The notes under the pieces: generated by a model | Databases searched by the model: none | What the model saw: only the letters and a program-made list of their open reading frames with translations | What the model was told of the DNA's origin: nothing | Part shown: positions 56,276 through 64,000 of the stretch, piece after piece | Numbering within the stretch: position 1 is the first letter of the stretch | How the letters are laid out: each line of letters opens with the position of its first letter | Origin: an uncultured bacterium | GTDB taxonomy: Bacteria; Patescibacteriota; Minisyncoccia; Phycocordibacterales; PALSA-1337 | DNA: 64,000 nucleotides | Assembly: GCA_963851055.1 (NCBI GenBank) | Contig: CAWKMY010000006.1 | Coordinates: forward strand, 78,965-142,964 | Reading direction: 5' to 3' | Translations under genes and position numbers: made by a program

Positions 56276-56802
56276 TCGGCATTTGTGAACACCTCTTGCA
56301 CTTCATCGTTATTTTCTAGTTCTTCAACGAGCTTCGAAAGCAAATCAACATCCGCATCTTCCAAGGGCATTGTGTTAGTCGGAGTCCAGACATTATTAGC
56401 CTTGGCAAATGCCCAACTAGCGCTTCCAGGTGCCGCCAACTCAAATCCATTCAATGAAAGAATGTGTTTTATCTCCTGCGCGGCTTTATTCCTATTATCT
56501 GTGAGTGCTTCTATAAGCATGGCTATGCCGCCAGGACCGTATGACTCGTAAATGATCGATTCCATTGCGGCGCTGTTGTCTGTAGCTCCTTTTTTGACCG
56601 CGCGATCGATCGTATCGTTCGGCATATTCTCTTTGCGGGCTTTCTCTATAGCAGCCGCTAGACCTGGGGAAGTAATATTACCCTTGGCTTTCTTCGACTC
56701 AACCGTGATCAGGCGGACGTATTTGCCGAAGGCTTTGCTCTTCTGGGCATCGTTCTTGGCCTTGAGGTGCTTTATTTTTGAGAATTTATTGTGGCCGGAC
56801 AT
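56272..56802 (-). CDS. yebC: YebC/PmpR-family transcriptional regulator (short)
   Basis: MSGHNKFSKIKHLKAKNDAQKSKAFGK...AIEKARKENMPNDTIDRAV. 4-nt overlap with ruvC. Confidence 0.9.
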   Translation of the reverse strand: MSGHNKFSKIKHLKAKNDAQKSKAFGKYVRLITVESKKAKGNITSPGLAAAIEKARKENMPNDTIDRAVKKGATDNSAAMESIIYESYGPGGIAMLIEALTDNRNKAAQEIKHILSLNGFELAAPGSASWAFAKANNVWTPTNTMPLEDADVDLLSKLVEELENNDEVQEVFTNAE

Positions 56803-56819
56803 GGTGATATTATACATGC

Positions 56820-57101
56820 ATGAAAAAGATTTGCATCCACCCTAGGATAATACAAGCAATAGGTTTGTCTGGTGACGAACTCAGAGTCTTTGACATACTA
56901 TGCGGCCAACAAATGGCAAAGGAAAGCATTAAAATAGCTAGGATGGCTGGTGTACCGAGAAGGACAGCCGCTAGAATCTTGCGAGACTTTGAAAAGAAAG
57001 GATTGATTATTAAGAGGACGAATTTAAAGGGGACGAAAGATACGTGGATGTATAAGAAAGGATTAGATAGATTCGGGCCACCTAAATTTTCTGGGCATTG
57101 A
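56820..57101 (+). CDS. small winged-HTH protein (TrmB/MarR-like N-domain only)
   Basis: IGLSGDELRVFDILCGQQMAKESIKIARMAGVPRRTAARILRDFEKKGLI. Confidence 0.6.
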   Translation: MKKICIHPRIIQAIGLSGDELRVFDILCGQQMAKESIKIARMAGVPRRTAARILRDFEKKGLIIKRTNLKGTKDTWMYKKGLDRFGPPKFSGH

Positions 57102-57142
57102 ATGTATCCATGTACGCGCCTATGTATGTATTCATGCATAAC

Positions 57143-57243
57143 CAAAAATGACACTTTGCCTGACACTTTTGTCGCTCAATATAGGCGTGGAATCAGACCT
57201 GAACAGAGCCACAGATCTGTCACCTAAAATGTCATTTTCTCAT
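57143..57243 (+). repeat. about 100-nt palindromic element, copy A (MITE-like or regulatory)
   Basis: AAAATGACACTTTGCCTGACA...TGTCACCTAAAATGTCATTTT. About 90% identical to the reverse complement of 61393-61492. Confidence 0.8.
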
Positions 57244-57354
57244 AGGTAGAGGAAAGGGGGCTGGTCGATACCAGTAAAAGGACAGTGAAGTGGCCAAAGC
57301 AAAACCAAGACACCTTCATTTGAGTAACATTTTCGCTTACTTATTTGTTTTTCC

Positions 57355-58365
57355 TTAAAGCAACTTCGCTGCACCCTTTTCACCTAGGTGCTCGTAAGCT
57401 TTAAGAGTTGCAACGCGCCCCCTCGGCGTTCGCTCCAACAAACCTAGTTGGATCAAATACGGTTCGTACACCTCCTCAACAGTAGCCTGCTCTTCAGACA
57501 GAGCCGCCGCAATAGTGTTCAATCCTACAGGCCCGCCGCCGAATTTGCTGATTATAACCTTCAGTATTTCGCGGTCAGCCGCAGTTAGGCCGATGATATC
57601 TACGCCTAGCATCTTCAAAGCCTTCTCCACGGTAGCCTTGTCTAGATCGGTCTTATTGATTTGGGCGTAATCGCGGCATCTCTTCAAATGATAATTAGCA
57701 GTGCGCGGAGTAAATCGTGAACGGACGGCGATCTCTTTCACAGCGTCGTCGTGAATAGCGATACCCAGTATCTTTGCTGACCGTTTAACGATATCAGCTA
57801 TCTCGTCATTTGAATAAAACTCAAGCTTGAAGACTCCACCGGAGAACCTTGACCTCAAAGGGGAAGAAAGCATGGCTATCCTAGTGGTTGCGGCTATCAA
57901 AGTGAATGGCGGAAGGTCTAATTGTATGGTCCTTGCGGACGGCCCTTTGCCTATGATAATATCGAGCGTTCCTGACTCCATGGCAGGATACAAGACTTCC
58001 TCGATAGCTTTATTCAAGCGGTGGACCTCGTCAATGAAAAGTATGTCTCCGGACGAAAGATTGGTCAGGATCGAAGCCAGATCCCCGACTTTGAGTATTG
58101 CTGGACCGGAAGTGACCTTCATCTGTGCGCCAGTCTCCTTGGCTATGAGATGAGCTAGCGTGGTCTTGCCGAGACCTGGAGGGCCGTAGAAAAGTATGTG
58201 TTCCGGCGGGTGTTTACGCTCTTTTGCAGCAGTGAGAAGGATGTGGAGATTATCTTTTATGTTCTTTTGGCCGATATATTCGTCCCAACGTGACGGACGG
58301 AGGGTCTGGTCGAGGAAACCAGTCTCTTTTTCATCCGGAGCCGTATGTTTGGTGGTGCTTGACAT
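57355..58365 (-). CDS. ruvB: Holliday junction branch migration helicase RuvB
   Basis: FYGPPGLGKTTLA, ILFIDEVHRL, C-terminal winged helix. Confidence 0.96.
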   Translation of the reverse strand: MSSTTKHTAPDEKETGFLDQTLRPSRWDEYIGQKNIKDNLHILLTAAKERKHPPEHILFYGPPGLGKTTLAHLIAKETGAQMKVTSGPAILKVGDLASILTNLSSGDILFIDEVHRLNKAIEEVLYPAMESGTLDIIIGKGPSARTIQLDLPPFTLIAATTRIAMLSSPLRSRFSGGVFKLEFYSNDEIADIVKRSAKILGIAIHDDAVKEIAVRSRFTPRTANYHLKRCRDYAQINKTDLDKATVEKALKMLGVDIIGLTAADREILKVIISKFGGGPVGLNTIAAALSEEQATVEEVYEPYLIQLGLLERTPRGRVATLKAYEHLGEKGAAKLL

Positions 58366-58420
58366 AACAATAGTTATATGCTAGGATAGTGACGTTATTG
58401 AAATAAATCAAATATGCAAA

Positions 58421-58592
58421 TTTATGGCCGTATTCGAGCCCATAAATCTCTAAGCAATGGCCTTCCCAGGTTTGGGTATAGTGCTAAGGACATGTTGGTT
58501 GCGAAGCTTCGGCCTCGCGTACTGAAATTATCCTCGGGACTCTACCTCGCTTTCGTCATCACGACGAGAGATATTGCTTAGGGATTTATAGG
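58421..58592 (+). ncRNA. candidate structured RNA (unclassified)
   Basis: 17-bp helix 58442-58458 / 58573-58589 (one G.U pair), closing about 115 nt that contain GCGAAGC-UUCG-GCCUCGC (a cUUCGg tetraloop). An alternative pairing of ATAAA with 58421-25 is possible. Strand assignment is tentative. Confidence 0.35.
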
Positions 58593-58697
58593 TTTGAACC
58601 TTGGTGTGTCACACCCTTATCTTCTGTGACTATCCTAACGCTATGCACAGGAAAAAAGCAATTGACAGAGGCTATTTTTGTCTGTTTTAACAAAAAA

Positions 58698-59018
58698 CTA
58701 GTGTAATTTGATATTACGTTTCCTCAATCCATCCTGGAAGGATTTTTGGACAGAAAGCATCTCGCCCTGTAACTTGGCTTTTTCACGCTGTAACTCAAGA
58801 AGCTTTGTTTTCAATGGGGGAATCTCGCGTTCATCGTCCATTAACTTGTGTTTTTTCAAGTCCACCTCTTTTTGTAGTTGCGGAATCTCAATTTTCAACT
58901 TAGCAGCCTCTGCTTCATGCGTTCTTAATTCTAGTTGTATTTCGCCCATATCTTGTAGCTCTTTCTGGATCTGTTCCCTTAATTTTTGCACCGATTCTGT
59001 GGCATTTAAGTTTTGCAT
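58698..59018 (-). CDS. coiled-coil hypothetical protein (106 aa)
   Basis: Heptad-rich E/K/L/Q composition. Directly downstream of the pilB-like gene. Confidence 0.5.
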   Translation of the reverse strand: MQNLNATESVQKLREQIQKELQDMGEIQLELRTHEAEAAKLKIEIPQLQKEVDLKKHKLMDDEREIPPLKTKLLELQREKAKLQGEMLSVQKSFQDGLRKRNIKLH

Positions 59019-59051
59019 ATTAATAAAATTATTTTTTAATGTTACTTAATC

Positions 59052-60725
59052 TTAACCCTCCAACGTAATAACTCTCTCCAACTCATCATACGAAGTCACA
59101 CCCGCCAATACTTTGAGCACGCCGTCCTGCTTCATAGTCAGAATTCCTTGGCCTTTGGCAGCCGCCCATATCTCACGATCGCTTGAGCTCATTTGCACGG
59201 CTTTCTCCACACTCTCATTCATCAATATTGCCTCATATATACCGATACGGCCCTTGTAACCGGTTTTATTGCATTTGTCACAGCCGACGGCGATCCACAT
59301 CTTGCCGCGATCGGCCGGCACCACCGAGACATCTTCAATGCCGGCAACGGTCAGTTCTATCTCTTTTTGAACATCTCCTTCAATGACAGCCTCTTTCTTG
59401 CAGACTGGGCACAATCGGCGTACCAGTCTTTGTGCCATTGAGACACGCAAGGCTGATGGAATGATAGTCGGATTGGCCCCGAGATCAATGAGACGAGGAA
59501 ATGTTCCGGCGGCATCGTTTGTGTGTAGTGTGGAAAAAACAAGGTGGCCTGTAAGGGCGCTGTTCAAGGCGATATCGGCAGTCTCATTGTCGCGGATCTC
59601 ACCGACCATGATGATGTCAGGGTCCTGGCGGACAACGGCACGCAAACCTTCGGCGAAGGTGTAACCCTTGTCATTGACTTGAGTCTGAACTATGCCCGGT
59701 AGATGGTATTCGATCGGATCCTCGATGGTGATTATCTTTACTTCCGGATTGGAAACTTTTTTCAGGAATGAATACAGAGTCGTAGTCTTGCCTGAACCAG
59801 TAGGACCGGTTGTGAGAAGCATTCCATCTGGGCGATTTATCTCTTCCAGGAGCATCTTTAGGAGCTTGGGATTTATACCCAACTCTTCCAGCGGCACATT
59901 GATGGATTTTGGATTGAGGAGACGCATGACCACGGACTCGTTATACGCGCCGGGCAGTATGGATACACGGACTTCAATGTCGCCGAATGAGAGGCGGATG
60001 CTGAAGCGCCCATCCTGCGAATCCTTCTTTATATTGAGCTTCATGCCGGATATGAGCTTGATCCTAGAGAGTAGTAGGGCATAAGTCTCATTGTCGAACT
60101 GTATGACTTTCTGCAGAACACCATCCAGACGGTATCGCAGGAGCACATAGCCTTCTTCCGGTTCAAGGTGGATATCAGAGGCGTTGACAGCCAAAGCTCC
60201 GGCCACTATGGTCTCCAAAATGCGCGAGACTCGGTAGCTCTTTTTGCCGGAGAGGGTGTTTTCCAATATAGACACTATGGTCGGCAGGCTTTTGGCCTGT
60301 TCTATGATGGTGGCAATCTCGTCGCTGGATATCTCCAACGATCCGGCCCGGCTCTCGGAAGCGAATGACAGATCTTTGTACATCCTCCATGCTTTTTCCA
60401 ATCCCTGGGTTGAAGTTATGTATAGTTCCGGTTCATAGCCTTTGGTTTTGAGGCTTTCCAATACTGCCGCCGTCTTTTCGTCTTGGGGATTGCGGGCAGC
60501 TACTTTGACTTTCTTGTTTATCAGAGCGAAGGCGACCACCTGGGCCGCGCGCGCGGCCTCTTCACCGATCAGGCGCAGAGCGTCGCCGTTCGGCGGCGTA
60601 TTGATCAGATTTACGTACTCCAGATTGTATTTGCCGGATAACATCTGGACCAGATCCTCCTCTTCTTTATGCAGAAGCTCTTCGATCCTGTGTTTCTGCT
60701 TGTCTTCGTCGAAAGTGATGGTCAT
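59052..60725 (-). CDS. pilB: GspE/PilB-family type II/IV secretion (type IV pilus assembly) ATPase
   Basis: T2SSE_N-like N-terminus, Walker A GPTGSGKTTT, Asp/His boxes, tetracysteine CPVC...CDKC. Start is at MTITFDEDK; the ORF-track N-terminal extension was rejected. Confidence 0.88.
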   Translation of the reverse strand: MTITFDEDKQKHRIEELLHKEEEDLVQMLSGKYNLEYVNLINTPPNGDALRLIGEEAARAAQVVAFALINKKVKVAARNPQDEKTAAVLESLKTKGYEPELYITSTQGLEKAWRMYKDLSFASESRAGSLEISSDEIATIIEQAKSLPTIVSILENTLSGKKSYRVSRILETIVAGALAVNASDIHLEPEEGYVLLRYRLDGVLQKVIQFDNETYALLLSRIKLISGMKLNIKKDSQDGRFSIRLSFGDIEVRVSILPGAYNESVVMRLLNPKSINVPLEELGINPKLLKMLLEEINRPDGMLLTTGPTGSGKTTTLYSFLKKVSNPEVKIITIEDPIEYHLPGIVQTQVNDKGYTFAEGLRAVVRQDPDIIMVGEIRDNETADIALNSALTGHLVFSTLHTNDAAGTFPRLIDLGANPTIIPSALRVSMAQRLVRRLCPVCKKEAVIEGDVQKEIELTVAGIEDVSVVPADRGKMWIAVGCDKCNKTGYKGRIGIYEAILMNESVEKAVQMSSSDREIWAAAKGQGILTMKQDGVLKVLAGVTSYDELERVITLEG

Positions 60726-60787
60726 GTCGGTTGTAATTATAGCAGAATTAGGCCGTCTATTGAGCCGTAGAAAAGCATATATTATAC

Positions 60788-60815
60788 TTGACTTTATAGC
60801 TGGTTGTGATATAAT
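60788..60815 (+). promoter_or_regulatory. strong sigma70-type promoter of the lipoprotein gene
   Basis: TTGACT, 16 nt spacer, TATAAT. Confidence 0.65.
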
Positions 60816-60885
60816 GTGTACAAACCATCCCGTGTGTACGGTGTATGGAAGCAGAGAAGAAAAACATTGAAAATTAGCTTGAATT

Positions 60886-61290
60886 ATGAAAACGATACAA
60901 ATATTGGTATTCACTGCCATGTTGGCTGTGATCAACACTGGGTGTGTGACTGGAAGTATCGGTGGCAGTCATCAAACTGTCACCATGAACAACAATGGTG
61001 CTGTCACAACCAATAGCGTGAGCGAATCTCACCGGGATTGGAACATTGCCAGCCCGTTCAATGGCGTGGCAAAGTTGGTGGGGTGTGCAATCGAGGCACC
61101 AGTCCATGTGTTGGTGGCTGTTACGGACCCTCCACCGGGATACTATGTTCCCGTGGCTCCCGTGGCTCCCATGGCTGGCTACAATTATGTTGGTGGCGGG
61201 ACAACCTTCGGGGCATATGGCCCACAAGGTGGCCGCTACAGTTACTATAATAGCGGCCGCGGAGATAATAGTGGTCGTTACCATTATTGA
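60886..61290 (+). CDS. putative lipoprotein, Gly/Tyr/Pro-rich C-terminus
   Basis: Signal peptide with a lipobox-like AVINTGC. Confidence 0.6.
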   Translation: MKTIQILVFTAMLAVINTGCVTGSIGGSHQTVTMNNNGAVTTNSVSESHRDWNIASPFNGVAKLVGCAIEAPVHVLVAVTDPPPGYYVPVAPVAPMAGYNYVGGGTTFGAYGPQGGRYSYYNSGRGDNSGRYHY

Positions 61291-61322
61291 CAAAAAAGCA
61301 GTTTCGCATCATCCGGTATCTC

Positions 61323-61359
61323 CTTTGTGGGGTACCGGTTGATTTTTTTGTTTCGGTTT
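61323..61359 (+). terminator. rho-independent terminator
   Basis: CCGGTA-N14-TACCGG, then TTGATTTTTTT. Confidence 0.7.
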
Positions 61360-61392
61360 AGTCTGCTATCTCGCGTATCTCTTCCCGCCCAC

Positions 61393-61492
61393 ATACGATA
61401 AAATGACAGTTTAGGTGACAGATTCGTGGCTCTATTCAGGTTTGATTCCACGCCTATATTGAGCGCCGAAAGTGTCAGGTAAAGTGTCATTT
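61393..61492 (-). repeat. about 100-nt palindromic element, copy B (inverted relative to copy A)
   Basis: The reverse complement aligns with 57143-57243, with about 10 mismatches. Confidence 0.8.
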
Positions 61493-61580
61493 TTGCATAT
61501 GTATGATATATCTGTACCCACCTCTTGCTTACTCGCTTGCGATTCATTACCATTGCCTTGTAACCAAGAAAGATAATTTC

Positions 61581-62042
61581 ATGAAAGAGTTCGTCTCACA
61601 TTCCATATCAGAAACCGAGATTATCGCCAGTGAATGGCTGAAAGAAATTTCCAATAAATATTCAGATAAAGAAGAAGCCCTCGTCGTCGGCCTTTCCGGT
61701 CATCTCGGCGCGGGGAAGACGGCTTTCGTGAAGGCGGTGGCGAAAGCGTTAAACGTCAAAGAACAGGTGACGAGCCCGACTTTTGTGTTGATGAAGATAT
61801 ACGATCTCGATCAGGCGATAGTCTCAAAAGACTTTCCTTGGAAACGGCTTGTTCACATAGATGCTTATAGGCTAGAAAAGCCGGAAGAATTGGAAGCGCT
61901 TGATTGGGAATACCTAGTAGTCGACAAGAACAACCTCATCATGATCGAATGGCCGGAGAATGTGGGGGTGGACACGCAGGACATTGACACAAATGTGTCC
62001 TGTGAAGCTATCGGTGGCGACGTTTACAGATTCAATCTCTAG
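61581..62042 (+). CDS. tsaE: tRNA t6A37 biosynthesis ATPase TsaE
   Basis: LSGHLGAGKTAFVKAVAKAL...TSPTFVLM...HIDAYRL. Confidence 0.88.
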   Translation: MKEFVSHSISETEIIASEWLKEISNKYSDKEEALVVGLSGHLGAGKTAFVKAVAKALNVKEQVTSPTFVLMKIYDLDQAIVSKDFPWKRLVHIDAYRLEKPEELEALDWEYLVVDKNNLIMIEWPENVGVDTQDIDTNVSCEAIGGDVYRFNL

Positions 62043-62047
62043 CGCGT

Positions 62048-63067
62048 CTATCCACCATATGTGCAAGGTATAGCATTACTGCTGTTGGCTGCCGAACCTG
62101 AACCCGAGGTTATGGTTATCGTAGTGGCGCTTGGAAGTTTTGTGCTTTGACTATTTTCCAATGATTCGAAACTTATTCCTTGTCTGTAGACACCACTGCT
62201 ATTAGGCGAATTTGAGGTAGGTAGATCGTTGGCAACGTATTGATATTCATAAGAAGGACCGCCAGTAACCGGCCCTTCCAAAGTATAATGCACAATAGTA
62301 TTATTAGTTCCGGTTGGGATAATAGTGATGTTTGGATGATATGTGCAAGTCACTCCCGAGGCATTTAAAGGACCTGGATTATAGGCCGGAGGAGCTGATG
62401 TGACTGTACCGATCGCCATCCAACTGAAACCGCCCTGAGCACTTGTAACAGCATTAGCAGTGAATCCTGTATTGCTCAGATTTGATATTTTAGTATCTTC
62501 CTCAGAACTAATCTTGGCAGTAGTTCCGTTATTTTCATTGATGGGCAAAACCTGTATAGAGATTACTTGGGCAAACGGCACAGCAAACGAAACACTAGCA
62601 TCTACAGCGCCAGGATACAGAATTCCACCTTCAAGAAGAGTGTCTGGACCAATCTGCACGAAATAGTCGCCTTGTGTACCCCCACTTATAATTTGACTAT
62701 TCCCTCCACCTCCCCCTGCCTGCCAGCTAGCATTACCACTTCCATCATTCGTAAGAACACTGCCGGCTGTAGTGATTGTTCCGCTTGCCACATTTAGATA
62801 TGTGGCCGCCAGAGTGCCAAGTACGCCCAAATTGCCGTCTATGGCCATAGAATCTGTTTTCTCTTGGATGCTTGTCGGTATTTTGCCTGTAGATTGCAAA
62901 ATGGCGGTTCCACCACCCACATTTATCGGCGCAGGCACATTAGGAGTCGGCGGAGTATTCGGAGCAGGGGTCCAACCGCCGGTGTTTTGTGCTAATGCCA
63001 CCAAAGCCGAAGCTCCAATGATGAACCCTCCTGCCAAAGCCGCTAATGTTATGAGTTGTTTCTTCAT
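62048..63067 (-). CDS. secreted/membrane-anchored Gly/Thr/Asn-rich protein
   Basis: N-terminal TM/signal ITLAALAGGFIIGASALVALA. 339 aa. No family recognised. Confidence 0.55.
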   Translation of the reverse strand: MKKQLITLAALAGGFIIGASALVALAQNTGGWTPAPNTPPTPNVPAPINVGGGTAILQSTGKIPTSIQEKTDSMAIDGNLGVLGTLAATYLNVASGTITTAGSVLTNDGSGNASWQAGGGGGNSQIISGGTQGDYFVQIGPDTLLEGGILYPGAVDASVSFAVPFAQVISIQVLPINENNGTTAKISSEEDTKISNLSNTGFTANAVTSAQGGFSWMAIGTVTSAPPAYNPGPLNASGVTCTYHPNITIIPTGTNNTIVHYTLEGPVTGGPSYEYQYVANDLPTSNSPNSSGVYRQGISFESLENSQSTKLPSATTITITSGSGSAANSSNAIPCTYGG

Positions 63068-63097
63068 GATAATAATGTTACTTGTTAATTATTAAAA

Positions 63098-63430
63098 TTA
63101 TTGCTTCAAAATGTTTGCTACAGCTTGCCTGTCAGCGGCAGTTGCTGGCACCTTGGACTTTGCCAACTGCGCGGCCACGCTCTCTATCTCCGCTTGGGAA
63201 ACATGCACCGGAGAGTTCCGCAGGATGGCCGCGACTTGGGCGCGCATGTCGGTAGATTCCGGAATACCGGTAGGGTTCCGGCTATTCATACTCGTCCACC
63301 AGTAGAGCATGCCTATGATGAGAGCTACCGCCACCAGTATCATGAGCAGATTGAGCATACGATGATGCTCTTCCGAAGTCATAGGCGTCTGCGGTATCGG
63401 GTTCGGATTTATAGAGTAGGTATTATCCAT
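63098..63430 (-). CDS. small membrane protein
   Basis: TM helix LNLLMILVAVALIIGMLYWW. Start chosen at MDNTYS. Confidence 0.5.
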   Translation of the reverse strand: MDNTYSINPNPIPQTPMTSEEHHRMLNLLMILVAVALIIGMLYWWTSMNSRNPTGIPESTDMRAQVAAILRNSPVHVSQAEIESVAAQLAKSKVPATAADRQAVANILKQ

Positions 63431-63494
63431 CACTGTAATTCTATCACAACATGCTGAAAAACAATGGTGGGGATAAATAAGGTACAATGTGGAC

Positions 63495-64000
63495 ATGTCA
63501 GCCCGGAAACGTCTTATTCTGCTTGATGCCCACGCCATTCTTCATCGCGCATATCACGCCCTGCCAGACTTCTCCACTTCCAAAGGTGAGCCAACAGGCG
63601 CTCTTTATGGTTTGTCGTCCATGCTCATAAAGATTATAGAGGATTTGAAACCTGACTACATAGTTGCCTGTTATGACGTAAAAGGCCCGACTTATCGCCA
63701 TGAAGTTTTCAAAGAATATAAGTCGCAGCGGAAAAAGATCGACGATGATCTGATCACGCAGATCAATAGGTCTCGGGATGTTTTTGCCGCGTTCAACATT
63801 CCCATTTATGACAAACAAGGTTTTGAAGCGGATGATATTCTGGGAACTATCGTTGAACAATTAAAGAAAGAAACAGGATCAGAAAAAGAAAAAGGCGGTG
63901 CGATTGAAATTATCATTGCTTCCGGTGACATGGACACCATGCAACTCATTTCTGGTGAGCGCGTGAAAGTCTATACTCTGAAGAAAGGTATAAAGGATAC
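63495..64000 (+). CDS. polA: DNA polymerase I, 5'-3' exonuclease domain (3' end beyond the window)
   Basis: MSARKRLILLDAHAILHRAYHALP...GEPTGALYG...YKSQRKK...GFEADDILGT. TACAAT lies 6 nt upstream of the ATG. Absent from the ORF track because it has no stop within the window. Confidence 0.9.
   Translation, partial: MSARKRLILLDAHAILHRAYHALPDFSTSKGEPTGALYGLSSMLIKIIEDLKPDYIVACYDVKGPTYRHEVFKEYKSQRKKIDDDLITQINRSRDVFAAFNIPIYDKQGFEADDILGTIVEQLKKETGSEKEKGGAIEIIIASGDMDTMQLISGERVKVYTLKKGIKD

Noticed and set aside
1-64000. Alternative genetic code (UGA or UAA reassignment, as in some CPR lineages) to explain interrupted genes
   Set aside because: Most long genes are intact under code 11. TAA, TAG and TGA are all used as terminal stops of well-defined genes. 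The interruptions are mainly frameshifts, and the two in-frame TAA codons are too few to support recoding.
1-64000. CRISPR arrays, rRNA operons, prophage or transposase genes
   Set aside because: There are no regularly spaced direct repeats with unique spacers, no rRNA signature sequences, and no transposase or phage structural genes. The only recombinase is a XerC/D-type housekeeping enzyme.

Overview
This window reads as the chromosome of a small-genome bacterium, probably Patescibacteria/CPR-like. That assignment is an inference from gene content: a T4SS_pilin-type protein, several TrmB-like regulators, a trigger factor without a PPIase domain, and short leaderless-style promoters.

The window spans the replication-origin neighbourhood (yidC-rnpA-rpmH on the minus strand, then dnaA, an AT-rich DnaA-box region, dnaN and a DUF721 gene). 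Housekeeping genes present are nusA, ppa, tig, rsmE, clpP, rny, hup, xth, xerC, rpsO, pnp, comM, pcrA, rsmA, a PBP1A gene, ruvC, yebC, ruvB, pilB-like, tsaE and the polA 5' end. There are four minus-strand tRNA genes, none with an encoded CCA. I found no rRNA and no CRISPR array.

Main results, most interesting first:
1. 20976-23113: a radical-SAM gene is translationally coupled to two tandem tiny ORFs too short for the ORF track (MPGLAGSKGVRPPKPKPKKGEK and MPGIAGSKGVRPPRPKPRVNKPRKNH). The two ORFs differ mostly at synonymous sites. A TrmB-like regulator is transcribed divergently. This is a candidate undescribed RiPP-like or peptide-modification module.
2. 12209-12259: a complete canonical hammerhead ribozyme core lies between two cistrons of another unit that is divergent from a TrmB-like gene.
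3. 33.2-48.4 kb: a chromosomal Gram-positive/CPR-type T4SS-like cluster sits next to oriC, with PrgI-like, VirB4, a VirB6-like polytopic protein, a T4SS-pilin-domain protein and secreted proteins. No relaxase or coupling protein is present in the window.
4. 57143-57243 and 61393-61492: a roughly 100-nt element occurs as an inverted pair bracketing ruvB and pilB.
5. The window also holds recurrent TGACA/TGTCA operators, hairpin arrays, several long structured non-coding tracts, and many promoters placed 6-9 nt from the ATG.

At least 20 frameshifts or in-frame stops interrupt roughly 12 genes (cca, doc, pnp, PBP1A, VirB6-like and others). They may be real decay or indel errors in the assembly; I cannot tell from the sequence alone. 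All coordinates were hand-counted and may be off by 1-3 nt.
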